A stretch of 64,000 nt of DNA, taken from positions 64,001-128,000 of the IMG/VR virus record IMGVR_UViG_3300010163_000003; one strand, written 5' to 3'. Position numbers and translations under genes: made by a program. Origin of the DNA: a virus. Its lineage: Duplodnaviria; Caudoviricetes. Positions 8,554 through 17,226 of this stretch are shown here, piece by piece. The notes under the pieces are model-generated. The model did no database searches. It had not been told where the DNA came from and saw only the letters and a program-made list of their open reading frames with translations. Positions within the stretch are counted from its first letter, which is position 1. The number at the start of each line of letters is the position of its first letter.

Positions 8554-8962
8554 CTTCTTTTTCAGCATTGTGAATACATTCCATTACTTCTTTAGGAACA
8601 TATATGGTAAAGTTTTTACGTTTAATCATTCGCTCTCTATCTTTATAAGTATGAGAACAAATAGGAATCTGGCATGTTTGACATGCAACATAAAGATGGC
8701 TTGCTTTATTCATACACTTATCGCAGATAGGACAAGGATTATAACGAGGACAAGTTTTAAACTTGTCCTCGTGCGCCTCGAATACATCGCGGTTGCGTCT
8801 ACCAAGCTTTTGATTTTCATCCAAAGCACGGCGTAACTTCTGTTCATCAAATTTAGGAACGCCAGTAATGGGGTCCACTTGAGAATCAGATTTTGCCATT
8901 TCATAAAGAGCTTGAATACTATGATTTGTTAGCATTGTTCTTTCTCCTCTCTTTAAAGGCAA
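8543..8962 (-). CDS. Cys-rich hypothetical (metal-binding) protein
   Basis: CPRYNPCPICDKC...CQTC..PICSH. Confidence 0.7.
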   Translation of the reverse strand: MPLKRGERTMLTNHSIQALYEMAKSDSQVDPITGVPKFDEQKLRRALDENQKLGRRNRDVFEAHEDKFKTCPRYNPCPICDKCMNKASHLYVACQTCQIPICSHTYKDRERMIKRKNFTIYVPKEVMECIHNAEKEVVK

Positions 8963-9452
8963 GATAATCTTTTCTCATGATTTCATATGTTTTATCATCG
9001 CAATAGTTACCTGCCATGTCCAAAGTAACGTCGTGCCTAACACAAAGTATACGTCCACCAATCTTCTTTACCAATCTATCGTAACTGGCTTCGACAGGAT
9101 TCCCAATGACAACAGAGAACTCCATTCTGTTCATTTGGAATTTGGTGAAGATGTCATCAATGCATTGAGCGAGGTCTCGACCGAATCCAGTTTTGTCTTC
9201 ACTGAAGTTAATAGCCCCGAAACCGATAGCCATATTACAGCCACGATCAACACCGTAACCAATGTAGCCATTTACCTCACCTTCTTTGTTTAACGACACG
9301 AATCTACGACAGTATTTGTCTCCGTTTTCTTTGTCGAGCTTAAAAACACTGTGCGTATCGCCGTAGAAATAATACTGATATTTAGGGTCATACCACACGT
9401 TGTAAAATAATTCTCTAATTTTGTCTTCGTATTTGTAAGCATTGTCAAGCAT
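8919..9452 (-). CDS. GNAT (RimJ/RimL-like) acetyltransferase-fold protein
   Basis: GYIGY..., F..FQMNRMEFSV..GNP...SY..L..KIGG...GNYCD...YEI. Confidence 0.7.
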   Translation of the reverse strand: MLDNAYKYEDKIRELFYNVWYDPKYQYYFYGDTHSVFKLDKENGDKYCRRFVSLNKEGEVNGYIGYGVDRGCNMAIGFGAINFSEDKTGFGRDLAQCIDDIFTKFQMNRMEFSVVIGNPVEASYDRLVKKIGGRILCVRHDVTLDMAGNYCDDKTYEIMRKDYLAFKERRKNNANKS

Positions 9453-9464
9453 AATAATCCTCCA

Positions 9465-9653
9465 TTAATCCTTGTCGGGTATCTTGATGTATAATCCGCA
9501 ATGACACATTCCTTCATTCATCTCTCGAAATTCTTTGCACATACATTTAGTATCTGGATTCTTTAAGAGAGAACATGGGCAGTATCCGTCATTTTCCTTA
9601 AGTTGTCGTTGTACTTCTTTAGCGTACTCTTTGTCTGGATTCATTGTAATCAT
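9465..9653 (-). CDS. Minimal ferredoxin:thioredoxin (disulfide) reductase catalytic subunit-like protein
   Basis: GYCPC...CMC...CHCGLY matches the FTR-c six-Cys pattern. Confidence 0.8.
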   Translation of the reverse strand: MITMNPDKEYAKEVQRQLKENDGYCPCSLLKNPDTKCMCKEFREMNEGMCHCGLYIKIPDKD

Positions 9654-9655
9654 TG

Positions 9656-10141
9656 TTATGAAATCCTTTCTGCGTACTGATTGTCAGATGCAAGAGTAAC
9701 TCCAAGTACGTCATCATACCTACTTGACCTATTGGGAATATAACGTCCGTACTTGATGATGATATTAGGGAGCCTCTTTAAAAACTCAACATCTTCCATA
9801 ATTTCCTCTGGGTTATAGCCAGTGTAAATAACAATGTCATCATTGCAGTGATAAATAAGACGTAATGACTTTATAACACTGAACATTTCATCTGTTTGTT
9901 CAAATGGCTCTAGCCCACCAAAAACAATGGCAGAAGTTATGTCATTATCGAGGTATCTCTTACATAACTTACTTGTTGGAATGTCGATGGAGGCGCATGA
10001 ACGCCATCCATCATTCTGACATACCGACATAGGAATTCCTGCTTCGATACAGCATTTACCGCCACAGGATATTGTACCTATAAACATTGAAGGCTTCTTG
10101 TAATTCACAAAGTCTTCGTCGATAATTTCTTTTACTCTCAT
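9656..10141 (-). CDS. nrdG: Anaerobic ribonucleotide reductase activase (radical SAM)
   Basis: C-x3-C...CQN, FGGLEPF, IYTGY, LASDNQ; adjacent to nrdD. Confidence 0.85.
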   Translation of the reverse strand: MRVKEIIDEDFVNYKKPSMFIGTISCGGKCCIEAGIPMSVCQNDGWRSCASIDIPTSKLCKRYLDNDITSAIVFGGLEPFEQTDEMFSVIKSLRLIYHCNDDIVIYTGYNPEEIMEDVEFLKRLPNIIIKYGRYIPNRSSRYDDVLGVTLASDNQYAERIS

Positions 10142-10265
10142 ATTGTTCCTCTATAGGGATAGTCCTATTAGTAGCAGTAATAGTTGTAGAAATGGTTTCT
10201 GTATTATCTTGTTTTATCCAGACACCATTCTTCTTAATCAAAAAAGATTTAGTACTGCATTTCAT
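10056..10265 (-). CDS. Small hypothetical ORF overlapping the nrdG start
   Basis: SD AAGAAGGA after the displaced nrdD stop. The 86-nt overlap with nrdG lowers confidence. Confidence 0.35.
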   Translation of the reverse strand: MKCSTKSFLIKKNGVWIKQDNTETISTTITATNRTIPIEEQYESKRNYRRRLCELQEAFNVYRYNILWR

Positions 10266-10279
10266 TTTATTTTCCTTCT

Positions 10280-10360
10280 TTAATCACGTTGCATTTCTGC
10301 ATACTCATACCACTGACGGGTAGTAAATTCTTTAAAACGATCCTTTGAATATGCTCTTGT
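10280..10360 (-). pseudogene. nrdD: Displaced duplicate of the nrdD 3' end (TRAYSKDRFKEFTTRQWYEYAEMQRD*)
   Basis: 81 nt encoding a near-identical copy of the final 26 aa of nrdD. It has no start codon. Confidence 0.92.
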
Positions 10361-11144
10361 AAGCCTTTTTATTGAATCGCTTTTTCCATAGTTGAAATTA
10401 TATCTTCTTCTTTGTTAATTTCAACTAGCCTAATATTGTGTTTTAAACAATATTCTTTTTTAGCTATGTCTCTATCCTTAGCTGCTTGAAATACACTGTC
10501 AGGAACTTTGAAAACATTGGAATAATGTTGTTCGCCTTGATATTCAATTAAACATTTCAAAGTACCATCTGCATTGAGTACCGCAAAATCAAATCTTAAT
10601 GGATACTTTTTGCCTCTTAAGTCAGAGAAAGTATATTGTTTCTTAAATAGAATGTTATGCTCTTTTAAAAAATTTTCTATCATAACTTCTCTATAAGATA
10701 TTACGCATCCACAAGATTTTGTTTCTCCAAATCTTAAATAAGAAGATATAACATTAATTTCTCCTCCACAATCACATTCGCAATGCCATAATGCTCTTCC
10801 GTTTTTAGATCCAACACGATGAGTTACAACAAGTTTTCCAAATCTCTGTCCAGTTAAATCAACAGAACGAGCTTTTGAAGTTGCCTCTTTATTTAAACAA
10901 CCACAAGATAATGTTACGCCATTTTTAAGATGAAGTCCTCTTATCTTTTTAATAGTTCCACAGTCACATTTGCATATCCAAACAGGGGTTCCTTTAACTG
11001 TTGTATCTCTTTCAAGAACAGTTAGCCTACCAAATCTTTTTCCAGTTAGATCAATAAGTTTACTCATTCTCTCATATCCTGAGCATATTCATACCATTGT
11101 CTTGAAGAGAATTCTTTAAAGCGATCTTTTGAGTAAGCTCGTGT
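10361..11144 (-). mobile_element. Free-standing homing endonuclease cassette (replacement nrdD 3' end plus endonuclease gene)
   Basis: Bounded by the two copies of the nrdD 3' end; the junction lies just after the glycyl-radical motif RIVGYLVP. Confidence 0.8.
10369..11067 (-). CDS. Putative homing endonuclease: two DLTG.RFG.L...W.C.CDCG...SCGC repeats plus Vsr/DUF559-like PD-(D/E)XK domain
   Basis: Repeated N-terminal Cys modules; LRFDF...LIEYQGEQHY...RDIAKKEYC. The ATG overlaps the nrdD TGA. Confidence 0.85.
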   Translation of the reverse strand: MSKLIDLTGKRFGRLTVLERDTTVKGTPVWICKCDCGTIKKIRGLHLKNGVTLSCGCLNKEATSKARSVDLTGQRFGKLVVTHRVGSKNGRALWHCECDCGGEINVISSYLRFGETKSCGCVISYREVMIENFLKEHNILFKKQYTFSDLRGKKYPLRFDFAVLNADGTLKCLIEYQGEQHYSNVFKVPDSVFQAAKDRDIAKKEYCLKHNIRLVEINKEEDIISTMEKAIQ

Positions 11145-12983
11145 AGGAACAAGATATCCAACTATTCGTGCATAAGTATCAAATACAGGATTACCGCATA
11201 CAGGACAAACATTAGTACCAACAAAACCATGATGATTCTCACACTCATTTATACGGGTATTGAATGCAAAATAAATAACTCCAGATTCAGCAATCTTATT
11301 GAGCATATCCCACGCTACATCTTCATTTGGGAAGTTAGATTCAAGATTTATATGTAGAATAGAACCGCCTGAACATTTAGCGTCAAGGATAGAAGCTACA
11401 CTAAGCTTTTCTTTGATGGTGGCTTTAGCCGATAATGGTATCCACTGATTGCTATAGATGAACGTATCCCCTTGCCTACCATAGATAAGAGAGTCTTTTT
11501 GACAAAGAATAATAGCAGCGCGTTCAGCAGGCACAGATTCAATGTTAAAGGAATATTCATCGGTAAAGTTATCTTTGATATCGTTAAGAACTTCAAAGAT
11601 TTTACTTGCAAATTCTATACCCTCTTTAGTATAGCTTACATAACCCAGTTCATCAACCTTAATATAACCAAAAGCTTTAATTGTTTCATACATACCAAGG
11701 ATGCCCATAGTACAATACTGTTTATCAAGCTCTACAGCACCATCTTGATAGTTAGGAAGAAGGCCCTTTTCAATATTGCGTTTAATGATATGACGTACAA
11801 CGTCAAGAGTTTTACAACACAATACAGCACGTTTACGAAGAAGAGCAAGGTATTTCTCTTCATCAAAATTAGTCTCTAAAGCAATACGCATCAGGTTAAT
11901 CGTATTAACCTTTACAGAACCAATAGAAAGAGCTGTACCACCAATGGAATTGATAAATGCATTTAGCTTTTTGGTATCAGAAAGTAAGCGGCAACAATTA
12001 CTAAGAGTCGTAACATCACCACTGACAAAGAAGTTGCTATCATTCCAGGTAACATTATGATTACTACACCAACGGGCAAACTCTTCATCAACAAACTTAC
12101 CGTTCTGGTACAGCAAACTGTATGAAAGGACCGGGAAAGTGAACATATTCTCGCTTCTTACTTGAGACACTACCTCCATAAACATCTTCTGATGCTCTAT
12201 AAGCCCCTCCACTTCATCAATGACATATGTACCATCTGGATACTGTATGCCGCCAAACAGAGACTCTATATAGTTTCTATCAAAAATAGAAACATTAACG
12301 AAAGCACTCTGATCGATACGCATGAAGGGTTGATTGAGACGATAGATAAGTTTCTGGAACGATTGTTTGATATAGTACTCAGGGTTCTTAAGAACGTAAC
12401 CGTCCTTACAATCCTTCTTCCAGAAATAATATGTCCAGATAAGAATGTTAGGAATACCTACAGCTCCAGAAGACCTATTACTCATGAAGCTAATGTACTC
12501 TATAACGTCATCCAAGAATGTTGTTAAATGTTTCGGTGGCTGATTATTGTAATTTTTGAGGAAGAACAAGCCCTCAGTAGCAAGACGAGTAAGGTCATAC
12601 GCATAGCAATACGGAATGTAAGAAGCAGTGTGAGCATCATGCAAATAAAAACCGCCGCTATATTCTGTCTCTAACCATTCTTTTGCGGTTGGAAGTCCAT
12701 ACTTTTTCGTAATCTCATAGAAGATTTTGCTGAATACGAAAATCTTATCATGAGGCTTGCTCTTCTCAGATAAGAGACTGCGGATATCTTTTGTAGAAGC
12801 ATTGGCATTAGCATCTATCGTAACATCAGCCACATTCTTATCTATAAAACCGTTAATGAAATCGGAAAAATTAAGCTGTGTCTCATGAAATCCGTTAAGA
12901 AGCTCGAAAGATTCACCGTACCTATCTCCTAAACGATGAAGCGCTCTTTCGAAATCCTTACATGTTTTTATTGGCATATTCAT
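11064..12983 (-). CDS. nrdD: Class III (anaerobic) ribonucleoside-triphosphate reductase, no ATP cone
   Basis: YLHD..., TFPV, SNCCRL, ESVPAE, Zn site CENH...CPVC, glycyl-radical RIVGY. Confidence 0.95.
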   Translation of the reverse strand: MNMPIKTCKDFERALHRLGDRYGESFELLNGFHETQLNFSDFINGFIDKNVADVTIDANANASTKDIRSLLSEKSKPHDKIFVFSKIFYEITKKYGLPTAKEWLETEYSGGFYLHDAHTASYIPYCYAYDLTRLATEGLFFLKNYNNQPPKHLTTFLDDVIEYISFMSNRSSGAVGIPNILIWTYYFWKKDCKDGYVLKNPEYYIKQSFQKLIYRLNQPFMRIDQSAFVNVSIFDRNYIESLFGGIQYPDGTYVIDEVEGLIEHQKMFMEVVSQVRSENMFTFPVLSYSLLYQNGKFVDEEFARWCSNHNVTWNDSNFFVSGDVTTLSNCCRLLSDTKKLNAFINSIGGTALSIGSVKVNTINLMRIALETNFDEEKYLALLRKRAVLCCKTLDVVRHIIKRNIEKGLLPNYQDGAVELDKQYCTMGILGMYETIKAFGYIKVDELGYVSYTKEGIEFASKIFEVLNDIKDNFTDEYSFNIESVPAERAAIILCQKDSLIYGRQGDTFIYSNQWIPLSAKATIKEKLSVASILDAKCSGGSILHINLESNFPNEDVAWDMLNKIAESGVIYFAFNTRINECENHHGFVGTNVCPVCGNPVFDTYARIVGYLVPTRAYSKDRFKEFSSRQWYEYAQDMRE

Positions 12984-13001
12984 TATTGCATCCTCGCCCT
13001 T

Positions 13002-13202
13002 CTAGGGAATTTGATTCACCCACCTTACGGCAGCATTAAAGTCAAGTAGCTTGCCATCAATAGAAAGCATTGGGACAGTGGTTATCCCCATATCAAGCAT
13101 ATCTTGCATAGAATTATTAACTGTATAGCAAATGTTTTTACCATCAAGTTTTTGCTTTAAGACGTTACACTTGGGGCAACCAGTTGAGTATAATATAGTC
13201 AT
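13002..13202 (-). CDS. nrdH: Glutaredoxin/NrdH-like redoxin
   Basis: LYSTGCPKC, TVPML. ATG at 13202 overlaps the upstream TGA. Confidence 0.8.
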   Translation of the reverse strand: MTILYSTGCPKCNVLKQKLDGKNICYTVNNSMQDMLDMGITTVPMLSIDGKLLDFNAAVRWVNQIP

Positions 13203-13351
13203 ATTAACCACCTTATAAAATCAATCAATAGATTTACTAAGCATATGTATCCTAATGAAAGTACATACATACTAACTATTACGATAACAATAGCTAATAG
13301 AATATGACGTTGCATCCAATCTTCTATCGCAAGATAGAATTTACGTATCAT
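13199..13351 (-). CDS. Small membrane protein (50 aa; not in ORF track)
   Basis: MIRKFYLAIEDWMQRHILLAIVIVIVSMYVLSLGYICLVNLLIDFIRWLI*; overlaps both neighbours. Confidence 0.6.
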   Translation of the reverse strand: MIRKFYLAIEDWMQRHILLAIVIVIVSMYVLSLGYICLVNLLIDFIRWLI

Positions 13352-13679
13352 TTTTTTCAAGCTCCATAACCGTCATAATGCAGTAGTTTGCCATATCAAG
13401 AAGCGTATCGATGATAGACTCATCGCCAGTATCAACATCGTGATTTTTTGCTAGTGTCTTGACGCGATTATATTTGTCACTGATACGAGTAATAGCTGAC
13501 ATTATTCCAAGATCAGCATAAGTTTGATGGAATGAGTCACCATAAGCAGCATTCTTTTGTACATAGGTATCATGTATCTTCTTTAACAATTGAGTATGAC
13601 GAATAGTATCGGTCACTTCTCCATCACCTATTGGCTTGAGACCCATAGCTTCGTAAGCAAGATTATTTGTGTATTCCAT
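13341..13679 (-). CDS. DUF1599 / nucleotide-modification-associated (MazG-like helical) protein
   Basis: KNAAYGDSF...RISDKYNR...ESIIDTLLDMANY. Confidence 0.8.
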   Translation of the reverse strand: MEYTNNLAYEAMGLKPIGDGEVTDTIRHTQLLKKIHDTYVQKNAAYGDSFHQTYADLGIMSAITRISDKYNRVKTLAKNHDVDTGDESIIDTLLDMANYCIMTVMELEKNDT

Positions 13680-13690
13680 AATTGTCTCCT

Positions 13691-14071
13691 TTAAGTATAA
13701 ATCCAGTTGGTTTCTCCATTATGCTTCAAATCGTTTTCTTCAAACTTTAAAAGCATAGCTTTTATTGTGTGTTGTAATTCCGCTTCGATAGTCTTTGACT
13801 GACATATCTTAAGGAACTCTACTACAGGCCATAACTTTCCTACGATAACCTTGTCTTCTTGGCTGTAAAGATATAGGTCATAAGACATTGAACTTAATGT
13901 AGTCTTTATATAATAATCAGATGGATAATCTGACATTGCTTCTATCATATCAGTAACCATCTTTTTAATCTGAGCATCAATCTTGGCCCATGACAAAAAG
14001 TATTTTGTGTATTTGGGATTAGATTTAGCCATGGATTCAAGTTCAGTCGTATTGAATGCATCCATTGTCAC
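13691..14071 (-). CDS. Hypothetical protein
   Basis: Operon packing. Confidence 0.6.
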   Translation of the reverse strand: MTMDAFNTTELESMAKSNPKYTKYFLSWAKIDAQIKKMVTDMIEAMSDYPSDYYIKTTLSSMSYDLYLYSQEDKVIVGKLWPVVEFLKICQSKTIEAELQHTIKAMLLKFEENDLKHNGETNWIYT

Positions 14072-14465
14072 AATCCCTCTTTCGTAATATTTCTTCTATG
14101 GGCATTTCTTTACCCAAACGATACATGATAGTTGTTCTTGGTATGCCAGTCTCTTTAGACCATTCAGAAATGTTCTGTGTCTTACCTTCATAAGTAAGAT
14201 ATACAGCGTTAGGAGTAGGATTTTCTTCTTTAATTTTGCACAAAGTTTCTGCGGCTTTTTTGGAACGATAATGACCACAGCTCTTAATAAGACCATGAAC
14301 TACACCATATAGAGGAAGCTCTACTGTGCTACCGCAACTGCAATCACATTTCGCCCATTTATTGGTGTTCCAAGATTTATATTTTTCAGTTGTGGGTTTG
14401 TTGATAAGCTCTCTAATGGTAAGTTCATTAAAGGTCTTATTAATGAGGCTCTCCATACATTTCAC
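14043..14465 (-). CDS. Homing-endonuclease-derived DNA-binding protein lacking the nuclease core
   Basis: N-terminal CDCSCG...KSCG module joined directly to C-terminal LTYEGKTQNISEWSKETGI...YRL HTH-like module. Confidence 0.65.
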   Translation of the reverse strand: MKCMESLINKTFNELTIRELINKPTTEKYKSWNTNKWAKCDCSCGSTVELPLYGVVHGLIKSCGHYRSKKAAETLCKIKEENPTPNAVYLTYEGKTQNISEWSKETGIPRTTIMYRLGKEMPIEEILRKRDCDNGCIQYD

Positions 14466-14477
14466 CAGCCTAAAATT

Positions 14478-14591
14478 TTATTTATGCTTTATCCTTTTAC
14501 GGATTACTTTTCTATACATAAACTTGTAAATGAGACCAGCACAAGCTCCTATAGTAAAGCCTCCAATAGCGCCAATAATATAGTAATGCAT
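14478..14591 (-). CDS. Small membrane peptide (37 aa; not in ORF track)
   Basis: MHYYIIGAIGGFTIGACAGLIYKFMYRKVIRKRIKHK*: one TM helix plus basic tail. Confidence 0.5.
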   Translation of the reverse strand: MHYYIIGAIGGFTIGACAGLIYKFMYRKVIRKRIKHK

Positions 14592-14599
14592 TTTATACC

Positions 14600-15736
14600 T
14601 CAACCAAATATTATTTGTGAATATGTTTTCTGGGCAACTGGGTCACATTCTTTCATGAAAGCCATCTCTGGATAAAACTCAAAGAATGCTCTACCTTTAT
14701 ATGTTCCAAACTTGTTCTTTGCAAAGTGTACTTCAAATATTGGTTGCTTAAAGGGAACCCCTTGTTTCATGAAAAAGACATCTGCTCCGTCACCTTTGTA
14801 ATGAACTTCGTTATATACAAGAAGAACAGCCTTGGCTTCGTACTTAATCTTTACAGCTTCCCTTATGTCATCCAGTATAGGACGACGGTTGCCATTGAGC
14901 TTCTTAAGTTCCGCTGTGCAGATTACAGTGATGTTATAATTCTTTGCCAAATCAGAACACCATTGAGCAAGAAAATCATATTTCTCTTTGTCTTGTAGCT
15001 TAGGTTGGTTCATGATGTTTAAATCATGAAAGTTGTCTATACAGACAACTATCTTCTTGTCTATACCATTGGCATCAAAGTAAACCAATCTTTTCTTTAC
15101 CTCCTCCTCTATATCTTCTATAAAGGAAGAGAACGTAGAGTCATATGCACAATACTTATCAACATTAGCACGTATATTAAGTATGGCTTGCTTACGACGT
15201 ATAAGCATCAGAGGATATTGAACATAGTTCAACGGAGTTTTTACCGCATTGATTATCAATCTGTTAGAGCAAGCGGCTACTCTTGATAATTTATCTGCCA
15301 TAGCATCATCAAGTGAAAAATCCATAACATATACATTATCATTGTTTTGAGTAATTTGCCACGCTAACTGAGTAATGAAGCCTGTCTTTCCTAGGTTACT
15401 GTCTCCGCCTATTATAATAAAACCAGGAAATAATCCTCCCTCAAATGCTTTATCAACGCAATCGAATCCTGTCTTGATACCTACATTTTTTGCTTGCCAT
15501 GCTGCAACCTCGAAATTATCGAGCGTCTGCCACATGGCAAGCTGATAATCCTCTGTAGGCTTATCTGGAAACGAGAATGTAATGTGTTCAGCTTGTGATT
15601 GGTCTATCTGTATGGAGCAACTGGTGTCAACATATGCGCTATCCTGTGTGTTGATAGCTGGACCATAAAAGTTCGGATTATCTATCGTTATTACTTTTTG
15701 AGTTTCTTGGTCATTGATTGTGATTTTGTTGCTCAT
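14600..15736 (-). CDS. DnaB-like (SF4) helicase, divergent
   Basis: TGF..D..F.GG, Walker A GDSNLGKT, FSLD, IDNF, AEL, KNK. Confidence 0.8.
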   Translation of the reverse strand: MSNKITINDQETQKVITIDNPNFYGPAINTQDSAYVDTSCSIQIDQSQAEHITFSFPDKPTEDYQLAMWQTLDNFEVAAWQAKNVGIKTGFDCVDKAFEGGLFPGFIIIGGDSNLGKTGFITQLAWQITQNNDNVYVMDFSLDDAMADKLSRVAACSNRLIINAVKTPLNYVQYPLMLIRRKQAILNIRANVDKYCAYDSTFSSFIEDIEEEVKKRLVYFDANGIDKKIVVCIDNFHDLNIMNQPKLQDKEKYDFLAQWCSDLAKNYNITVICTAELKKLNGNRRPILDDIREAVKIKYEAKAVLLVYNEVHYKGDGADVFFMKQGVPFKQPIFEVHFAKNKFGTYKGRAFFEFYPEMAFMKECDPVAQKTYSQIIFG

Positions 15737-15749
15737 ATCATTACTTTAC

Positions 15750-16205
15750 TTACTTAGTTCCAGTAGAACCAAATCCGCCTTCCCCACGTACTGTTTCATC
15801 AAGCTCTTCTACTTCGTGGAATACGGGATGTACTATTGGATGAAAAATGACTTGTGCGATACGCTCTCCATCTTCAACCACTTGAGTTACCTCTCCATGA
15901 TTATGTAATGGCATGAACCATTCGCCACGGTAATCAGCATCAACTACGCCTACCTTATTAGCGGGAGCAAGGCCACTCTTAGTGGCGAGACCGCTACGAG
16001 CGTATTCGAGGGCCACATAGTTAGGATCAAACGATGCAGAAAAACCGAGAGGGATAAGTTTAGTTTCATGAGGAGGGATAGATATCACCGGAAAATCTAA
16101 GCATGCATACACGTCATACCCAGCGGAATCAGGTGAACCAGCAGTAGGAAGCTTAGTGTTAGGTCTGAGCTTTTTTATCTTGATATCGATTAACTGTTTT
16201 GCCAT
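15750..16205 (-). CDS. dut: Trimeric dUTPase
   Basis: SAGYD, RSGLA, GVVDADYRGE, GERIAQ, RGEGGFGSTG. Confidence 0.97.
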   Translation of the reverse strand: MAKQLIDIKIKKLRPNTKLPTAGSPDSAGYDVYACLDFPVISIPPHETKLIPLGFSASFDPNYVALEYARSGLATKSGLAPANKVGVVDADYRGEWFMPLHNHGEVTQVVEDGERIAQVIFHPIVHPVFHEVEELDETVRGEGGFGSTGTK

Positions 16206-17226
16206 TTTTATTGTCTCCTTTTTGTGAAAGCTTACACGATGATGAATTGCATTCGGATATAGTCTTTAAAGTACTACATCCAAATTGTTTATCTCCAAGA
16301 AATATACTACGCACAGTACGTTCCAATTCTTTCTCACCTGTCGGTTTAACGTTACGAGAGTTCCATTCTGATATAAAAGTAATGGTTTCATTTAATGACT
16401 TACCACTACTTTTACAAAAGCTTGAAAGACATGCTATGGTAATATTTCTACTACCTTCTACGGCACCATGTTCTAAAATATATTCTATACATGGTGGAGT
16501 AAAATTTAACACAGCTTTATATCTTCTATCTTTATTAATTTCCTTATGATATTTATAGAACTCTTCTATTGTACGCTTAAATTGTTGTTGAGCATATGAA
16601 TTGAGATGATAATCCAGAACATGAGAGGTGCGTGAGCACCGCGCCATCTCTCGGATTTCATCTATTGTACTGTTTCGTAATTCGTCAGGAGTCAAAGGAA
16701 TTTTATATAGAGATGTTTTTTCATGTATAGAATTAGGTATTCTAAACATGCGCTTAGAGTCATAGATTTGCAAGTCAATCGTTTTGTATTTAGTAAAGGA
16801 ACTAATAGACCCAGCCATATGCTTATATACCTGATTAAGTATCGGCGTAGGTTCTACACCTAGAATATAACTGGGCACTATTAGATGTACACCTTTACAT
16901 CCACTGAAATATATAGATACGTATTCATCTGATATATGATAACAAATTTTTAAATAGCTTAATGCTGTAATGGCATCAGCCCTGACTTTTTCAAAGTCTT
17001 CTTCATCATCAAAATCCAGATAGAAGTCTCCATATAAATCTGCGTTATCAACATCAGAACGATTATACCTATAAGCAGTTTTAAATACGGAGAAATTGTT
17101 TCTCTCCTGCGCAAAGATGCTAACTGTTTTATAGGGTATATACCTGCCACGGCTAAACCCTTTGTGTCCATTAGCAACATAACCGTACCCTACTTCACAC
17201 AGATAGCACTCTTTTTCTGAGCACAT
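16159..17226 (-). CDS. Archaeo-eukaryotic primase (AEP) with PriCT/PriL-like C-terminal domain
   Basis: LDFD, FSGCKGVH, RMFRIPNS; PPCI...GSRN...GC...C...C. Confidence 0.8.
   Translation of the reverse strand: MCSEKECYLCEVGYGYVANGHKGFSRGRYIPYKTVSIFAQERNNFSVFKTAYRYNRSDVDNADLYGDFYLDFDDEEDFEKVRADAITALSYLKICYHISDEYVSIYFSGCKGVHLIVPSYILGVEPTPILNQVYKHMAGSISSFTKYKTIDLQIYDSKRMFRIPNSIHEKTSLYKIPLTPDELRNSTIDEIREMARCSRTSHVLDYHLNSYAQQQFKRTIEEFYKYHKEINKDRRYKAVLNFTPPCIEYILEHGAVEGSRNITIACLSSFCKSSGKSLNETITFISEWNSRNVKPTGEKELERTVRSIFLGDKQFGCSTLKTISECNSSSCKLSQKGDNKNGKTVNRYQDKKAQT

Noticed and set aside
10361-11144. Group I intron in nrdD
   Set aside because: There is no room for a ribozyme core: the endonuclease start overlaps the nrdD stop and its stop is 8 nt from the duplicate. 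nrdD is already complete without splicing.
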